Shown here piece after piece: positions 9,456-18,870 of a stretch of DNA of 64,000 nt; the first letter of the stretch is position 1, and each line of letters opens with the position of its first letter. The stretch is from Gammaproteobacteria bacterium (GTDB lineage: Bacteria; Pseudomonadota; Gammaproteobacteria; Eutrophobiales; Eutrophobiaceae): positions 416,001 to 480,000 of the forward strand of contig OZ244905.1 of NCBI GenBank assembly GCA_965221695.1, given 5' to 3'. Made by a program: the position numbers and the translations under genes. The notes beneath the pieces are model-generated. The model was not told where the DNA came from. It saw only the letters and a program-made list of their open reading frames with translations, and made no database searches.

Positions 9456-10436
9456 TCACCAGTTATTTTCCTGTAAATATTGCTCCAGGGAAATAAGCCA
9501 GGGATGCTTGCTGCGCAGCGCTTCCACATCGACGCTGTAGCCTGTGTTTTCAAACCATTTCTCCATAATCGTCATTTCTTCGCCCTGTTGCGCTTCATAC
9601 TCATCCCATGGTATCTGAACATAAGTGATAGCGTTGCCGGTAATCCGAGAAAAAGTGCCGGCAATTTCCTGCTGGGTGGATGTATCACCGGCAATATCCA
9701 GTGAAACACCCAGCCACTGATCCGGATTATCGAATGCTTCGGCAGCGAAGCGTCCGATATCCTTCACCGCGATGTGCTGATGGGGTGTGTCCGCTGATAA
9801 TGGCCCGTAAATAAACCCGTTTTCAATCTCGGCGCGGGAATATTCCCAGTTCTCCATGAACGAGACGGGGCGGATAATCGTATAAGGCAGTTGTATGGCT
9901 TGAATATGTTTTTCAATCTCATACTTGCTGTCAAAATGGGGAATACCGGTGTTTTTATCTGCGTTGGCAACCGATGAATAGACAAAATGCTCCACGCCCG
10001 CTTGCATCGCGGCGTCGGCAAAATTCATCCCCTGCCTGATCTCTGCCTGCTTGCCATGTTCCCAGAAATTCTGCACGGAAAAGACGCCATAAGCCCCTTG
10101 CACTGCCTGGTGCAATGTTGTCATATCATCGAAATCACCCTTCACCATCTCAACTCCAAGATCAGCAAGACGGCGCGCCCGGTCGCTGTCAGGGTTACGG
10201 GTCAACCCCCGCACCTGATAACCGCGGGATAATAATTCCCTTGCCACCGCTCCCCCCTGCCTGCCGGTAGCGCCGGACACCAGGATGAGCTTATCCGAAT
10301 TTGCATGCTCCGCGCCAGGTTGTGCAGATGTGCCGACCTCGTTGCTTTGTTCGCAGGCCACCAGGGAGAATAATGCAAGCAGGCAACCAAGCAGCCTGCA
10401 CATACGATAGTTCAGGGAGTTTTTCATTTGATTCAT
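9456..10436 (-). CDS. NmrA/HSCARG-family NAD(P)-binding protein with lipoprotein-like signal
   Basis: ILVSGATGRQGG, HFVYSS, PHFDSK; N-terminal hydrophobic stretch ending LVAC. Confidence 0.88.
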   Translation of the reverse strand: MNQMKNSLNYRMCRLLGCLLALFSLVACEQSNEVGTSAQPGAEHANSDKLILVSGATGRQGGAVARELLSRGYQVRGLTRNPDSDRARRLADLGVEMVKGDFDDMTTLHQAVQGAYGVFSVQNFWEHGKQAEIRQGMNFADAAMQAGVEHFVYSSVANADKNTGIPHFDSKYEIEKHIQAIQLPYTIIRPVSFMENWEYSRAEIENGFIYGPLSADTPHQHIAVKDIGRFAAEAFDNPDQWLGVSLDIAGDTSTQQEIAGTFSRITGNAITYVQIPWDEYEAQQGEEMTIMEKWFENTGYSVDVEALRSKHPWLISLEQYLQENNW

Positions 10437-10852
10437 ATGTTGTGGATAGTCGGTGGCGCCCAGTTTTCGATACGCAGACCTGGCACACGTTTAAACTCAT
10501 CAGTGTTATTGGTAACCAAGACAAGACCTGAAGCGCGGGCATGGCCGGCAATCATTTGATCATACGGTCCGATTGGTGTTCCTGCTTGGGCCAATTCAGC
10601 TCGAACTTGCCCAAAATGTAACGCAGCCACATCATCAAATGGCAAGACTTCCAGTCTTGCAGTGATGCCTTCTATATCATTCAGATTACGTTCCGGTTGA
10701 GATGATTTTTCTGCGCCATAAATTAATTCACCGAGCGTCACCGTGGAAATCGCCATCTGTCCTGAATGACGTTTAAATGTCTCTCTCACTCTTGCTGGTC
10801 GGTTCTTGATGGTGTAAATTACAATGTTGGTATCCAGCATGAATTTGAGCAC
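10433..10852 (-). CDS. vapC: VapC PIN-domain toxin
   Basis: MLKFMLDTNIVIY..., PIGPYDQMIAGHA, LVTNN; closely resembles enteric tRNA-fMet-cleaving VapC. Confidence 0.95.
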   Translation of the reverse strand: MLKFMLDTNIVIYTIKNRPARVRETFKRHSGQMAISTVTLGELIYGAEKSSQPERNLNDIEGITARLEVLPFDDVAALHFGQVRAELAQAGTPIGPYDQMIAGHARASGLVLVTNNTDEFKRVPGLRIENWAPPTIHNI

Positions 10853-11082
10853 TATAATGGTTCTCTCCTTTGTTGTGTCGGTTGTTCCCTCTCTGACATA
10901 AAATCATCCGATACCCCTGGCCCATTAAACCAATGATCCCAGCTTTCACCGGCGGGCGTGATCAGCCGCGCATTGCCCAGCTTTACAATATCCACCTTTT
11001 TCACCGAGGCAGGTAATGCAACAGGCTTGGGAAGTCGAATAGCTTGACTTTGATTACTTTTGAAAACCGTAGATTGTTCCAT
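10852..11082 (-). CDS. vapB: VapB (AbrB-fold) antitoxin
   Basis: MEQSTVFKSNQSQAIRLPK...SWDHWF...SDDFMSEREQP; RBS GGAG. Start trimmed from the ORF track, whose extension runs into the MITE. Confidence 0.93.
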   Translation of the reverse strand: MEQSTVFKSNQSQAIRLPKPVALPASVKKVDIVKLGNARLITPAGESWDHWFNGPGVSDDFMSEREQPTQQRREPL

Positions 11083-11103
11083 TGAATTCTCCGCATATAT
11101 TAA

Positions 11104-11254
11104 GGAAACTCTGAACAAGTCCATCCTGGACTTGTCAGAGTACGAAAAACAAAAATGCGATTTTTGTTTTCCTCACAATATCAATGCCTTACAGTCATTG
11201 ATATTGACGATACATCCTTGTACCGTAGGAACCTCTGACTTAATCAGAGGTTCC
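11104..11254. mobile_element. 151-bp MITE, copy A
   Basis: TIR GGAAACTCTGA/TCAGAGGTTCC, TTAA on both flanks, five internal hairpins. Same length as copies at 39952 and 55098. Confidence 0.92.
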
Positions 11255-11380
11255 TTAAGATGATAAATCATAGCTTCAATCTTGGATATGTCAATTGTAT
11301 ATCCCATAAATTCATGTGTTTGCACGAACCTAAGTTCGCCAACATTGCATCTTGCCCAGATATTTCTCAAGCACTGCCCA

Positions 11381-11461
11381 TGCTTTGTCCAGATCATAAA
11401 CCTTCTGCAGGTTCAAGCGTTGTTCAGGCCCGGTTCCAAAATAACGACCTAAATGCAACGC
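11381..11461 (-). pseudogene. HigA antitoxin C-terminal remnant
   Basis: ALHLGRYFGTGPEQRLNLQKVYDLDKA resembles the HigA motif ALRLxRYFGTxxxFWLNLQxxYDL. No intact N-terminus. Confidence 0.7.
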
Positions 11462-11592
11462 ATGAAGGCAGCTATCAATTCTATTCTGAATGCAAAACAA
11501 AACCAGATAATATTTGTCAAATCTGAGGCAAAAAATAGATGATTAATAGGACTGGCTGCACAATGAGATTCGATTTTTGTTCCTGTACTGTG

Positions 11593-12053
11593 AAAACTAC
11601 CCCTGAAATGGGCTGGCGGAGGCGAGCCAAGCAAACTCAGGCGCTATTTTTTTCACAAAATGTGAGTTTTCTCACAATTTTGCCAATTATTTGCTTGTCA
11701 ACGTTTTGCGCGCCGGTAAGATCGTACCTATCCGAACGCAATGTGCGACAGACGGCCCGCCGATAGTATAGAGGTGTGCATAATTGCGGGATACCGGCAG
11801 CATAACGTTCGGACGTTAGCTTGTGCTGTGCCACAAGCGCCCCTACCATGCCGTACATGGCCTGATTGGCTATCCAGGCCGCGTTAAGGATAACCTGGCG
11901 CCAGGGGGAAGGCGGTGTCTCCTATCCACGCTACATCGCTCCGCCTCCCCCTGGCAGGGGTTTAAGCGCTGGCGCATGCAGATTTACTGGTCTGCCGGAT
12001 ATAATGACCCCAAAGATACACAGCGCTACGCGGGAAACTTCGGCGACAGCCTG
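11593..12053. repeat. Long structured non-coding repeat, copy 2 (~460 bp, uninterrupted)
   Basis: Direct repeat of 8753..9422 with many inverted repeats. Confidence 0.92.
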
Positions 12054-12089
12054 GGCATCTGAATTTCAGTTGGACGAAGGGTCAATGGG

Positions 12090-12383
12090 CTATGATTCGG
12101 TAACATACCCCCATGCCTTGAATTGTTCCTGTAAATCAGGGTCATCCTTGAAGACAAGAAAAAACAGGTATTCAGGCGCCAAATCCAACTTATCAGACCA
12201 AACCACAGCATTATTCTTTACTTGAAATTTTCGGAATAGTGATTTTTCTTTCAGCTTGGAAAATACAGGTCTTTTATCACTGAATATTGTTGATTCAAGG
12301 TTTGCCGTGCCGGTTTTACCATTGCTGAAAACCAGATGAATAGAGTAATCACCTAAATATTCTGCTCGCTCAACCTCTAACAT
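12090..12383 (-). CDS. DUF2442 family antitoxin-like protein
   Basis: AEYLGDYSIHLVFSNG...VVWSDKLDLAPEYL. Confidence 0.85.
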   Translation of the reverse strand: MLEVERAEYLGDYSIHLVFSNGKTGTANLESTIFSDKRPVFSKLKEKSLFRKFQVKNNAVVWSDKLDLAPEYLFFLVFKDDPDLQEQFKAWGYVTES

Positions 12384-12445
12384 TGATGCCTTGTAATCGT
12401 TGAATACTGCGTGAAAGTGGGGGGGTTATGATCATTGAAATACAT
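12384..12445 (-). pseudogene. DUF4160 toxin-like remnant
   Basis: MYFNDHN/PPHFHAVFNDYKA with a 1-nt frameshift in a G7 run; the rest of the gene is deleted. Confidence 0.8.
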
Positions 12446-12511
12446 TTTGAATTTCCAGCAACTCGTCCTTCAGAAACTCTCCCGGGTGGATTGGCTCTCT
12501 GACCATGTTGT

Positions 12512-13696
12512 TCACCTCATTTTGGCCCCCAGCCGAACATCCCGGCTGAAGAATGAGATCCCATTGTTTTTCCTGTAAAGCCTGCGCTTTTCATCCAGAA
12601 GTTTCAATGTGTCTTTATCCTCATAGTACCAGTACATCCAGCCATTGCAGCTTTCGGTGTTATTCAGCAGCGCGCCTATTTTGTGTATTGAGCCGGTACC
12701 TATGCTGTTCTCTATTTTCCCATCGGGTAAAACAATGGCTGAACAGGTTTTGTCTTTAGTGTATAGACACTGGTTTTCCCGTATATACCTGGCTTCCACA
12801 AGCTGTTGCATACTGACCCGTTGTAATCTTTTTGGTGGGGGCTCCACTAACCGAATATTTTGAAACAGGTCAGCGTTGATGGATTTTAACCTGTTTTCTG
12901 CAATGTCTACGTAGCGCGGCTCCTGCTCTATGCCGATACTCCGCCTGTTCAGTTTTTTTGCCACTGCACAAGTGGTGCCACTGCCCAGAAACGGGTCCAG
13001 CACCAGGTCATCTTCATTGCTGCTGGACAGGATTACTCTTTGTAGTAATGCCTCAGGCTTCTGTGTTGAATGGGCTTTTTTGCCGTATCCATCCTTAATG
13101 CGTTCAGCTCCGGTACACAGGGGAATACGCCAGACAGAGGTCATCTGTTTGCCGTCATTAAGCTGTTTCATGACCTGGTGGTTGAAAGTATATTGCTTTT
13201 GTTTCTCCGACTTTTTCGCCCAGATCAAGGTTTCCGTTGCATTCGTGAAGCGCACTCCTCTGAAGTTCGGCATGGGATTGATTTTGTGCCACTGCACATC
13301 ATTGAGGATCCAGTAGCCCAGGTCCATCATGATCTTTCCCACCCGGAAAATATTATGATAAGAACCGATCACCCAGATCGCGCCATCGTCGGCCAATACT
13401 CGCCGGCAGGCGCTCAGCCATTGCCGAGTGAACTCATCGTAGTTCTCGAAAGAAGAGAACTGATCCCAAGCATCGTCGACACCATCTACCAAGGTTTGGT
13501 TGGGCCTGTATAACTCCTGTTTGAGCTGCAGGTTGTACGGTGGGTCGGCAAAAATGAGGTTGACCGATTTCTCCGGCAATTCATGCAGTATTTCAATACA
13601 GTTGCCGGTGTATATACGATAGTCTGAACTACCGAAGTCGCTATTCAGACTCGATAATTTCTCTTGCATGGGAACGGTCACAGTCTCAGCGCTCAT
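12512..13696 (-). CDS. ccrM: CcrM/M.HinfI-like beta-class N6-adenine DNA methyltransferase
   Basis: IFADPPYNLQL, WVIGSYHNIFRVG, NPMPNFRG.RFTNA.ETLIWA, HSTQKPE, DPFLGSGTT, plus the CcrM C-terminal domain GSIHKIGA...CNGW.YW. Confidence 0.85.
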   Translation of the reverse strand: MSAETVTVPMQEKLSSLNSDFGSSDYRIYTGNCIEILHELPEKSVNLIFADPPYNLQLKQELYRPNQTLVDGVDDAWDQFSSFENYDEFTRQWLSACRRVLADDGAIWVIGSYHNIFRVGKIMMDLGYWILNDVQWHKINPMPNFRGVRFTNATETLIWAKKSEKQKQYTFNHQVMKQLNDGKQMTSVWRIPLCTGAERIKDGYGKKAHSTQKPEALLQRVILSSSNEDDLVLDPFLGSGTTCAVAKKLNRRSIGIEQEPRYVDIAENRLKSINADLFQNIRLVEPPPKRLQRVSMQQLVEARYIRENQCLYTKDKTCSAIVLPDGKIENSIGTGSIHKIGALLNNTESCNGWMYWYYEDKDTLKLLDEKRRLYRKNNGISFFSRDVRLGAKMR

Positions 13697-13699
13697 AAT

Positions 13700-14077
13700 T
13701 TATTTGTACTCAGACACATTCGGTTCGCTTATTCCCTCCAAAGCCGGGTATGTCAACGCGCGTTCAATGGATTGTTTGACAAATTCATTCAAGTTCAGGT
13801 TTTTCTCTTTTGCAACGGTGAGAGCCTGTCGGTGCAACGCCGGACCGATACGCACATTAAAAGAGCCTTTGCACGGCTTGATTGGCTCTCTTCCAGCCTC
13901 TCTGCAATCAAGCAGGTAATCTTCAACAGCTTGTTCAAATGCCTGTTCCAACTCCGGCATATTTTGCCCCTCGTATGTGACCAACGGCTCAATAAACTCC
14001 AATTTGCCATATAAACATTTATCTTCAACACTGGCCTCTATCGAACCGTAAAACCCTTTGTATTTGAATAAGCTCAT
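13700..14077 (-). CDS. hicB: HicB antitoxin
   Basis: YKGFYGSIE...AVEDYL..C...KPCKGSFNVRI.PALH. Confidence 0.92.
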   Translation of the reverse strand: MSLFKYKGFYGSIEASVEDKCLYGKLEFIEPLVTYEGQNMPELEQAFEQAVEDYLLDCREAGREPIKPCKGSFNVRIGPALHRQALTVAKEKNLNLNEFVKQSIERALTYPALEGISEPNVSEYK

Positions 14078-14322
14078 AATAATTCCGCATCTTTCAGTTT
14101 GATCAGCACCAATCTCTGCACATACTTTTTTATCTCATTTCCCGGGTGCGGACGATGCAGGTTAATGATATGTTCCTGATTTCCATTATCGAATTTCACC
14201 CTTGATCCTTTACCTTGTATTTCTTTATAACCCAAAGATATCAACAAGGTTCTCAACTCCTGCCAGCTAATCGACTTTTTGTCATCCAATAACTTGGATT
14301 TCAACTTCTCCCTTCTGCTCAT
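14074..14322 (-). CDS. hicA: HicA toxin
   Basis: MSRREKL..., GSRVKF, LHRPHPG; ATGA overlap with hicB. Confidence 0.9.
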   Translation of the reverse strand: MSRREKLKSKLLDDKKSISWQELRTLLISLGYKEIQGKGSRVKFDNGNQEHIINLHRPHPGNEIKKYVQRLVLIKLKDAELL

Positions 14323-14539
14323 CAAGACATTATAGAGCGGCAGATGCGTAATGCAACTATTTTGTAGTCGCAATTCGGGATTGGGATTTACATGCTCAAA
14401 ATTTGGAGAATAACAGCTATAATTTAGTTAATCTCCGGCAAATTGTGAAACGACTGGCGATTGTCAGGGATGGCAGGTCTTGAATTCATAAATGTAGCTA
14501 TTGTAACAATAGTATTGACACTATATATTGTTGTTAACT

Positions 14540-15016
14540 ATGGAAATTGACAAACATTATCTGCGCATCGCATTCAAGGAGGCAGTGAACGCCCGCGCAC
14601 GCGGCAACCATGCGTTTGGGGCGTTGCTGGTGGATGCTGACGGTAAGCCGGCCCTGGCGGCGAAGAACTCGGTGGTCACTGATAGCGATGTCACCGCTCA
14701 TGCTGAGATTAACCTGATCCGGGCTGCATCCAAGAAATTCAAGCCTGAACAGTTAATGGGGTTTACCCTTTATGCCAGCGCCGAGCCTTGCCCAATGTGC
14801 GCTGGCGCAATTGTATGGGCGAATATTCGCCGGGTTGTTTTTGGACTGGGGATGGAAGACATTTACCGGCTTTTGGGTGGCGTCCCCGACGCCCCTGGGC
14901 TTCGAATGCGCGCGCTTGATGTGTTCGCCGCAGCCCCCTGGCCGGTGGAAGTGGTCGGCCCCTTGCTTGAAGACGAGGCTCGTGAAGTGTTTGTACAGGA
15001 GCCGAACTCTGCTTGA
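14540..15016 (+). CDS. Zinc-dependent nucleoside/guanine deaminase family protein
   Basis: FGALLV, HAE, EPCPMC motifs. Confidence 0.88.
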   Translation: MEIDKHYLRIAFKEAVNARARGNHAFGALLVDADGKPALAAKNSVVTDSDVTAHAEINLIRAASKKFKPEQLMGFTLYASAEPCPMCAGAIVWANIRRVVFGLGMEDIYRLLGGVPDAPGLRMRALDVFAAAPWPVEVVGPLLEDEAREVFVQEPNSA

Positions 15017-15026
15017 GGCCAGGAAC

Positions 15027-18000
15027 TTACATACTGCGCCGGTACTGCCCGCCGGTGGCAAAGAAGGCGTCGGTCAATTGGCCCAGGGAACAATAGCGTA
15101 CCGCGTCCATGAGTTCCGCAAACACGTTGTCGTTATTGATCACCGCATCGCGGATGCGTTCCAGGGCGCGTGCCGCTTCGTCCCTGTTCCTGTCTTCAAA
15201 ATCCTGCAAACGCGTTAACTGGCTTTGCTTTTCTTCGTCTGTTGAACGGCTCAACATGGCAACGGAATGTTCATTCTCGTCCGGATTCAGGAATGTATTC
15301 ACGCCGATAATGGGGTAACTGCCGTCGTGCTTCCTGTGCTCGTAATACAAGGATTCATCCTGTATTTTACCTCTCTGGTAACCGGTCTCCATCGCGCCAA
15401 GCACGCCGCCGCGCTCGGAGATGCGCTCGAATTCCCGTAGCACCGCCTGTTCCACCAGGTCGGTCAGTTCCTCAATGATAAACGAACCCTGGCTGGGATT
15501 CTCGTTCATCGCCAGGCCCCATTCCTTGTTGATGATCAACTGGATCGCCAAAGCGCGCCGCACCGAATCTTCGGTGGGCGTGGTCACTGCTTCATCAAAC
15601 GCATTGGTATGCAAGCTGTTGCAGTTGTCGTAGACGGCAATCAGGGCTTGCAAGGTGGTGCGAATATCGTTGAACGCCATCTCCCGGGCATGCAGGGAGC
15701 GTCCGGAGGTCTGGATATGATACTTGAGCCGCTGGCTGCGTTCATCCGCGCCGTACCGGTCCCGCATCGCGACGGCCCAGATACGCCGGGCTACGCGGCC
15801 GAGCACCGTGTACTCCGGGTCCATGCCGTTGGAGAAGAAAAATGACAGGTTGGGGGCGAAATCATCGATATGCATCCCACGGGCAAGGTAGGCTTCGACG
15901 AAGGTAAATCCATTGGCCAGGGTGAAGGCAAGCTGTGAAATCGGGTTCGCGCCGGCTTCAGCGATGTGATAACCGGAAATCGACACCGAATAAAAGTTGC
16001 GGATGTTATTGTCGATGAAGTACTGCTGAATATCTCCCATCATGCGCAGGCTGAATTCAGTGGAAAAAATACAGGTATTCTGGCCCTGGTCTTCCTTCAG
16101 GATATCGGCCTGCACGGTGCCGCGCACATTCTCCAACGCCTGCGTTCTGATGCGGGCGGATTCTTCTGCATCCGGTTCCCGGTCATGTTCCTGTCTGAAT
16201 TTCCGCACCTGCTGGTCGATCGCAGTGTTCAGGAAGAAGGCCAGGATGGCAGGCGCCGGACCGTTGATGGTCATGGAAACGGAGGTATCGGGATCACACA
16301 GGTCAAAGCCTTCATACAAGGCTTCCATGTCATCAAGCGTGGCGATGGATACGCCTGAATTGCCGACCTTGCCGTAGATATCCGGCCGCTCGTCCGGGTT
16401 GAACCCGTATAAGGTCACTGAATCAAACGCGGTTGAGAGGCGCTTGGCGCCGGAATGTTCAGACAGCTTCCTGAAGCGCCGGTTGGTCCTGAATGCGTCT
16501 CCTTCCCCGGCAAACATCCGGGTCGGGTCTTCATTCTCCCGCTTGAACGGGAACACGCCGGCCGTATAAGGGAAATATCCGGGGAGGTTTTCCCGCATCA
16601 GCCAACCCAGCAGTTCGCCATGGTCCGAATAGCGCGGCAGAACAACCCTGGGGATCACGGTTCCGGAGAGCGTCGTGTACGTGGTTTGTGTCCGGAACTC
16701 CCGGTCCCGTACCTTTGTAACAAATTCGTCAGCCTGGTACTGGCCGCTGAGTTCAGGCCAACTATCCAGCAGTTCCTTGCAGCGCGGGTCAAGGCTTTCT
16801 TCTTTCTGTGCGGCCAGACGCGCCAGTTGTTCGCCGGTAGTCGGCTCAACACCGTTGCCTTCGGACTGCAACAGCGCCAGGCTCGCGCGCAGTTGCTGCG
16901 CCTCCCGCGCAATGCCCACCTGCTGGTCTACATGCTGGTGGTAGTCTCGAACGGCGGTGGCAATTTCACCCAGGTAACCCTGGCGCTGTGGCGGAATAAT
17001 AACAGCGCGTTCCCTAGAGGTCTTGTCTGTCACAACAGCCAGGGCGCTCTCGAATTCCGGCAGCCCCTTGTACCTGAGAGCAGGCAACAGTCCCTGGTAT
17101 AAAGCAGTCACCCCGGCATTATTGTATTTTGCGGCAATGGTGCCGTAAACAGGCATATCATCCGGGGCTACTGTGAACTGCTCGCGGTTGCGTTGCAATT
17201 GCTTGGCGACATCCCGGCGAGCGTCCTCGGCGCCCTTGCGATCAAACTTGTTGATAGCCACAGCCTCGGCAAAATCCAGCATATCGATTTTTTCCAGTTG
17301 GCTGGCAGCGCCGAACTCAGGCGTCATCACGTATAAGGGGACATCAACCAGGGAAACAATACCGGCATCCCCCTGTCCAATTCCAGGTGTCTCGACGATA
17401 ACCAGTTCAAATCCGGCCAATTTCACAGCGTTTATGATATCCGGCAGGTATTCCGGAATTTCCTTTGCCGCGTTACGGGTGGCCAGGGAACGCATGAATA
17501 TCGTTTCATGGTAAATCGAGTTCATACGGATGCGGTCACCCAATAACGCGCCACCGGTCTTCCTGCGGGTAGGATCAATCGCCAGCACTGCGATTCTCAG
17601 GCTATCCCGACTGTCCAGGCGAAACCGCAGGATGATTTCATCGGTAAGCGATGATTTGCCGGCGCCACCTGTGCCGGTAATACCCAATACGGGCGTACGG
17701 ATACTCTTTGCTGAGACTTGGCGGTCCAGTTCTGCGCCCAGTTCACGGGTGTAACGGTTGTTTTCAATCGCACTGATCACCCTGGACAGGATAATTTCAT
17801 CTCCGTTCAACAACTCATCCGGTGTAACGGGATGCGCGGTGCAGGTAGCTGCACTGCTCGCATTGAGCATGTCGTCAATCATTCCTTGCAATCCCAGGTT
17901 ATGCCCGTCTTCAGGTGAATAGATGCGCTGTACACCGTAATCCTGCAATTCACGTATCTCATCCGGAATAATCACACCACCACCGCCACCGAATACCTTG

Positions 18001-18290
18001 ATATGCCCGGCGCCGTGCTCCCGAAGCATATCCACCATGTATTTGAAATATTCCACGTGTCCGCCCTGGTACGAGCTGACGGCAATACCTTGTACGTCTT
18101 CCTGCAGGGCTGTTCTTACAATCTCGTACACGGAACGGTTATGTCCCAGGTGGATTACCTCGGCCCCGGACTGCTGCAGGATACGCCTGATGATATTGAT
18201 GGATGCGTCGTGACCGTCAAACAGGCTGGCCGCAGTGACAAAGCGCGGTGCCGTCACAGACTGTTTGGTTTCAGATGTGGTAGTCGCCAT
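15027..18290 (-). CDS. icmF: Fused isobutyryl-CoA mutase/GTPase IcmF
   Basis: B12 motif DGHDAS, P-loop GTGGAGKSS, mutase domain RMFAGEG (Phe specificity residue). Confidence 0.96.
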   Translation of the reverse strand: MATTTSETKQSVTAPRFVTAASLFDGHDASINIIRRILQQSGAEVIHLGHNRSVYEIVRTALQEDVQGIAVSSYQGGHVEYFKYMVDMLREHGAGHIKVFGGGGGVIIPDEIRELQDYGVQRIYSPEDGHNLGLQGMIDDMLNASSAATCTAHPVTPDELLNGDEIILSRVISAIENNRYTRELGAELDRQVSAKSIRTPVLGITGTGGAGKSSLTDEIILRFRLDSRDSLRIAVLAIDPTRRKTGGALLGDRIRMNSIYHETIFMRSLATRNAAKEIPEYLPDIINAVKLAGFELVIVETPGIGQGDAGIVSLVDVPLYVMTPEFGAASQLEKIDMLDFAEAVAINKFDRKGAEDARRDVAKQLQRNREQFTVAPDDMPVYGTIAAKYNNAGVTALYQGLLPALRYKGLPEFESALAVVTDKTSRERAVIIPPQRQGYLGEIATAVRDYHQHVDQQVGIAREAQQLRASLALLQSEGNGVEPTTGEQLARLAAQKEESLDPRCKELLDSWPELSGQYQADEFVTKVRDREFRTQTTYTTLSGTVIPRVVLPRYSDHGELLGWLMRENLPGYFPYTAGVFPFKRENEDPTRMFAGEGDAFRTNRRFRKLSEHSGAKRLSTAFDSVTLYGFNPDERPDIYGKVGNSGVSIATLDDMEALYEGFDLCDPDTSVSMTINGPAPAILAFFLNTAIDQQVRKFRQEHDREPDAEESARIRTQALENVRGTVQADILKEDQGQNTCIFSTEFSLRMMGDIQQYFIDNNIRNFYSVSISGYHIAEAGANPISQLAFTLANGFTFVEAYLARGMHIDDFAPNLSFFFSNGMDPEYTVLGRVARRIWAVAMRDRYGADERSQRLKYHIQTSGRSLHAREMAFNDIRTTLQALIAVYDNCNSLHTNAFDEAVTTPTEDSVRRALAIQLIINKEWGLAMNENPSQGSFIIEELTDLVEQAVLREFERISERGGVLGAMETGYQRGKIQDESLYYEHRKHDGSYPIIGVNTFLNPDENEHSVAMLSRSTDEEKQSQLTRLQDFEDRNRDEAARALERIRDAVINNDNVFAELMDAVRYCSLGQLTDAFFATGGQYRRSM

Positions 18291-18324
18291 TGTTATTTGC
18301 AATATGAGCTTGGATACATTATAA

Positions 18325-18345
18325 TTACGTTTACGTAAACGTCAA
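18325..18345. promoter_or_regulatory. LiuR-type operator
   Basis: Perfect palindrome ACGTTTACGTAAACGT (18327..18342) between divergent icmF and the MerR regulator. Confidence 0.8.
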
Positions 18346-18375
18346 TCAATATTCTTGAGAATCATCAGTTACATC

Positions 18376-18804
18376 ATGTCTATAGATACAGATAAAGTCG
18401 ATATTTCAGTTAGTTACAGGCGTAAATTGTATTCAATTTCAGATATGTCTAAAGAGTTCGACATCACCACCCGCACCATCCGGTTCTACGAAGACGCCGG
18501 TTTGTTGAGTCCGCTCAGAGAAGGACGCAGGCGTTATTATTCCGTCAGGGACCGCACTCGACTGAAGTTGATATTGCGTGGCAAGCGCCTGGGATTTTCC
18601 CTGAATGAGATAGGAGAGATGTTCCGGTTGTATGATTCAGAGCCAGGCGAGGTTGCACAGTTGAATCACATACTGGACAAGATAACGGATAAGATGAACC
18701 TGCTGGAGAGACAACTGGAAGACATACGGATCGTCATGCAGGAATTACAGGAATTCAAACAGCAATGCCGGCAACGACTGGAACAGATGACACCAGATAA
18801 ATAG
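18376..18804 (+). CDS. liuR: MerR-family regulator LiuR
   Basis: EFDITTRTIRFYED.GLL.P.R...RDRTRLKLILRGKRLGFSL. Confidence 0.85.
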   Translation: MSIDTDKVDISVSYRRKLYSISDMSKEFDITTRTIRFYEDAGLLSPLREGRRRYYSVRDRTRLKLILRGKRLGFSLNEIGEMFRLYDSEPGEVAQLNHILDKITDKMNLLERQLEDIRIVMQELQEFKQQCRQRLEQMTPDK

Positions 18805-18870
18805 TATAATCAGTCTTAATCCAAGTCAAATAAAGTCAGAGTTTGCTTAAATTAATGCGTTCAACCAGTT

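Noticed and set aside
8797-12225. Small ORFs duplicated inside the long repeat (65-119 aa)
   Set aside because: Starts, stops and frames differ between the two copies, so they are not conserved coding sequences.
8753-14322. Classical integron cassette array
   Set aside because: No intI, and the repeats are far longer than attC sites with no clear RYYYAAC/GTTRRRY ends. Kept only as a loose analogy.
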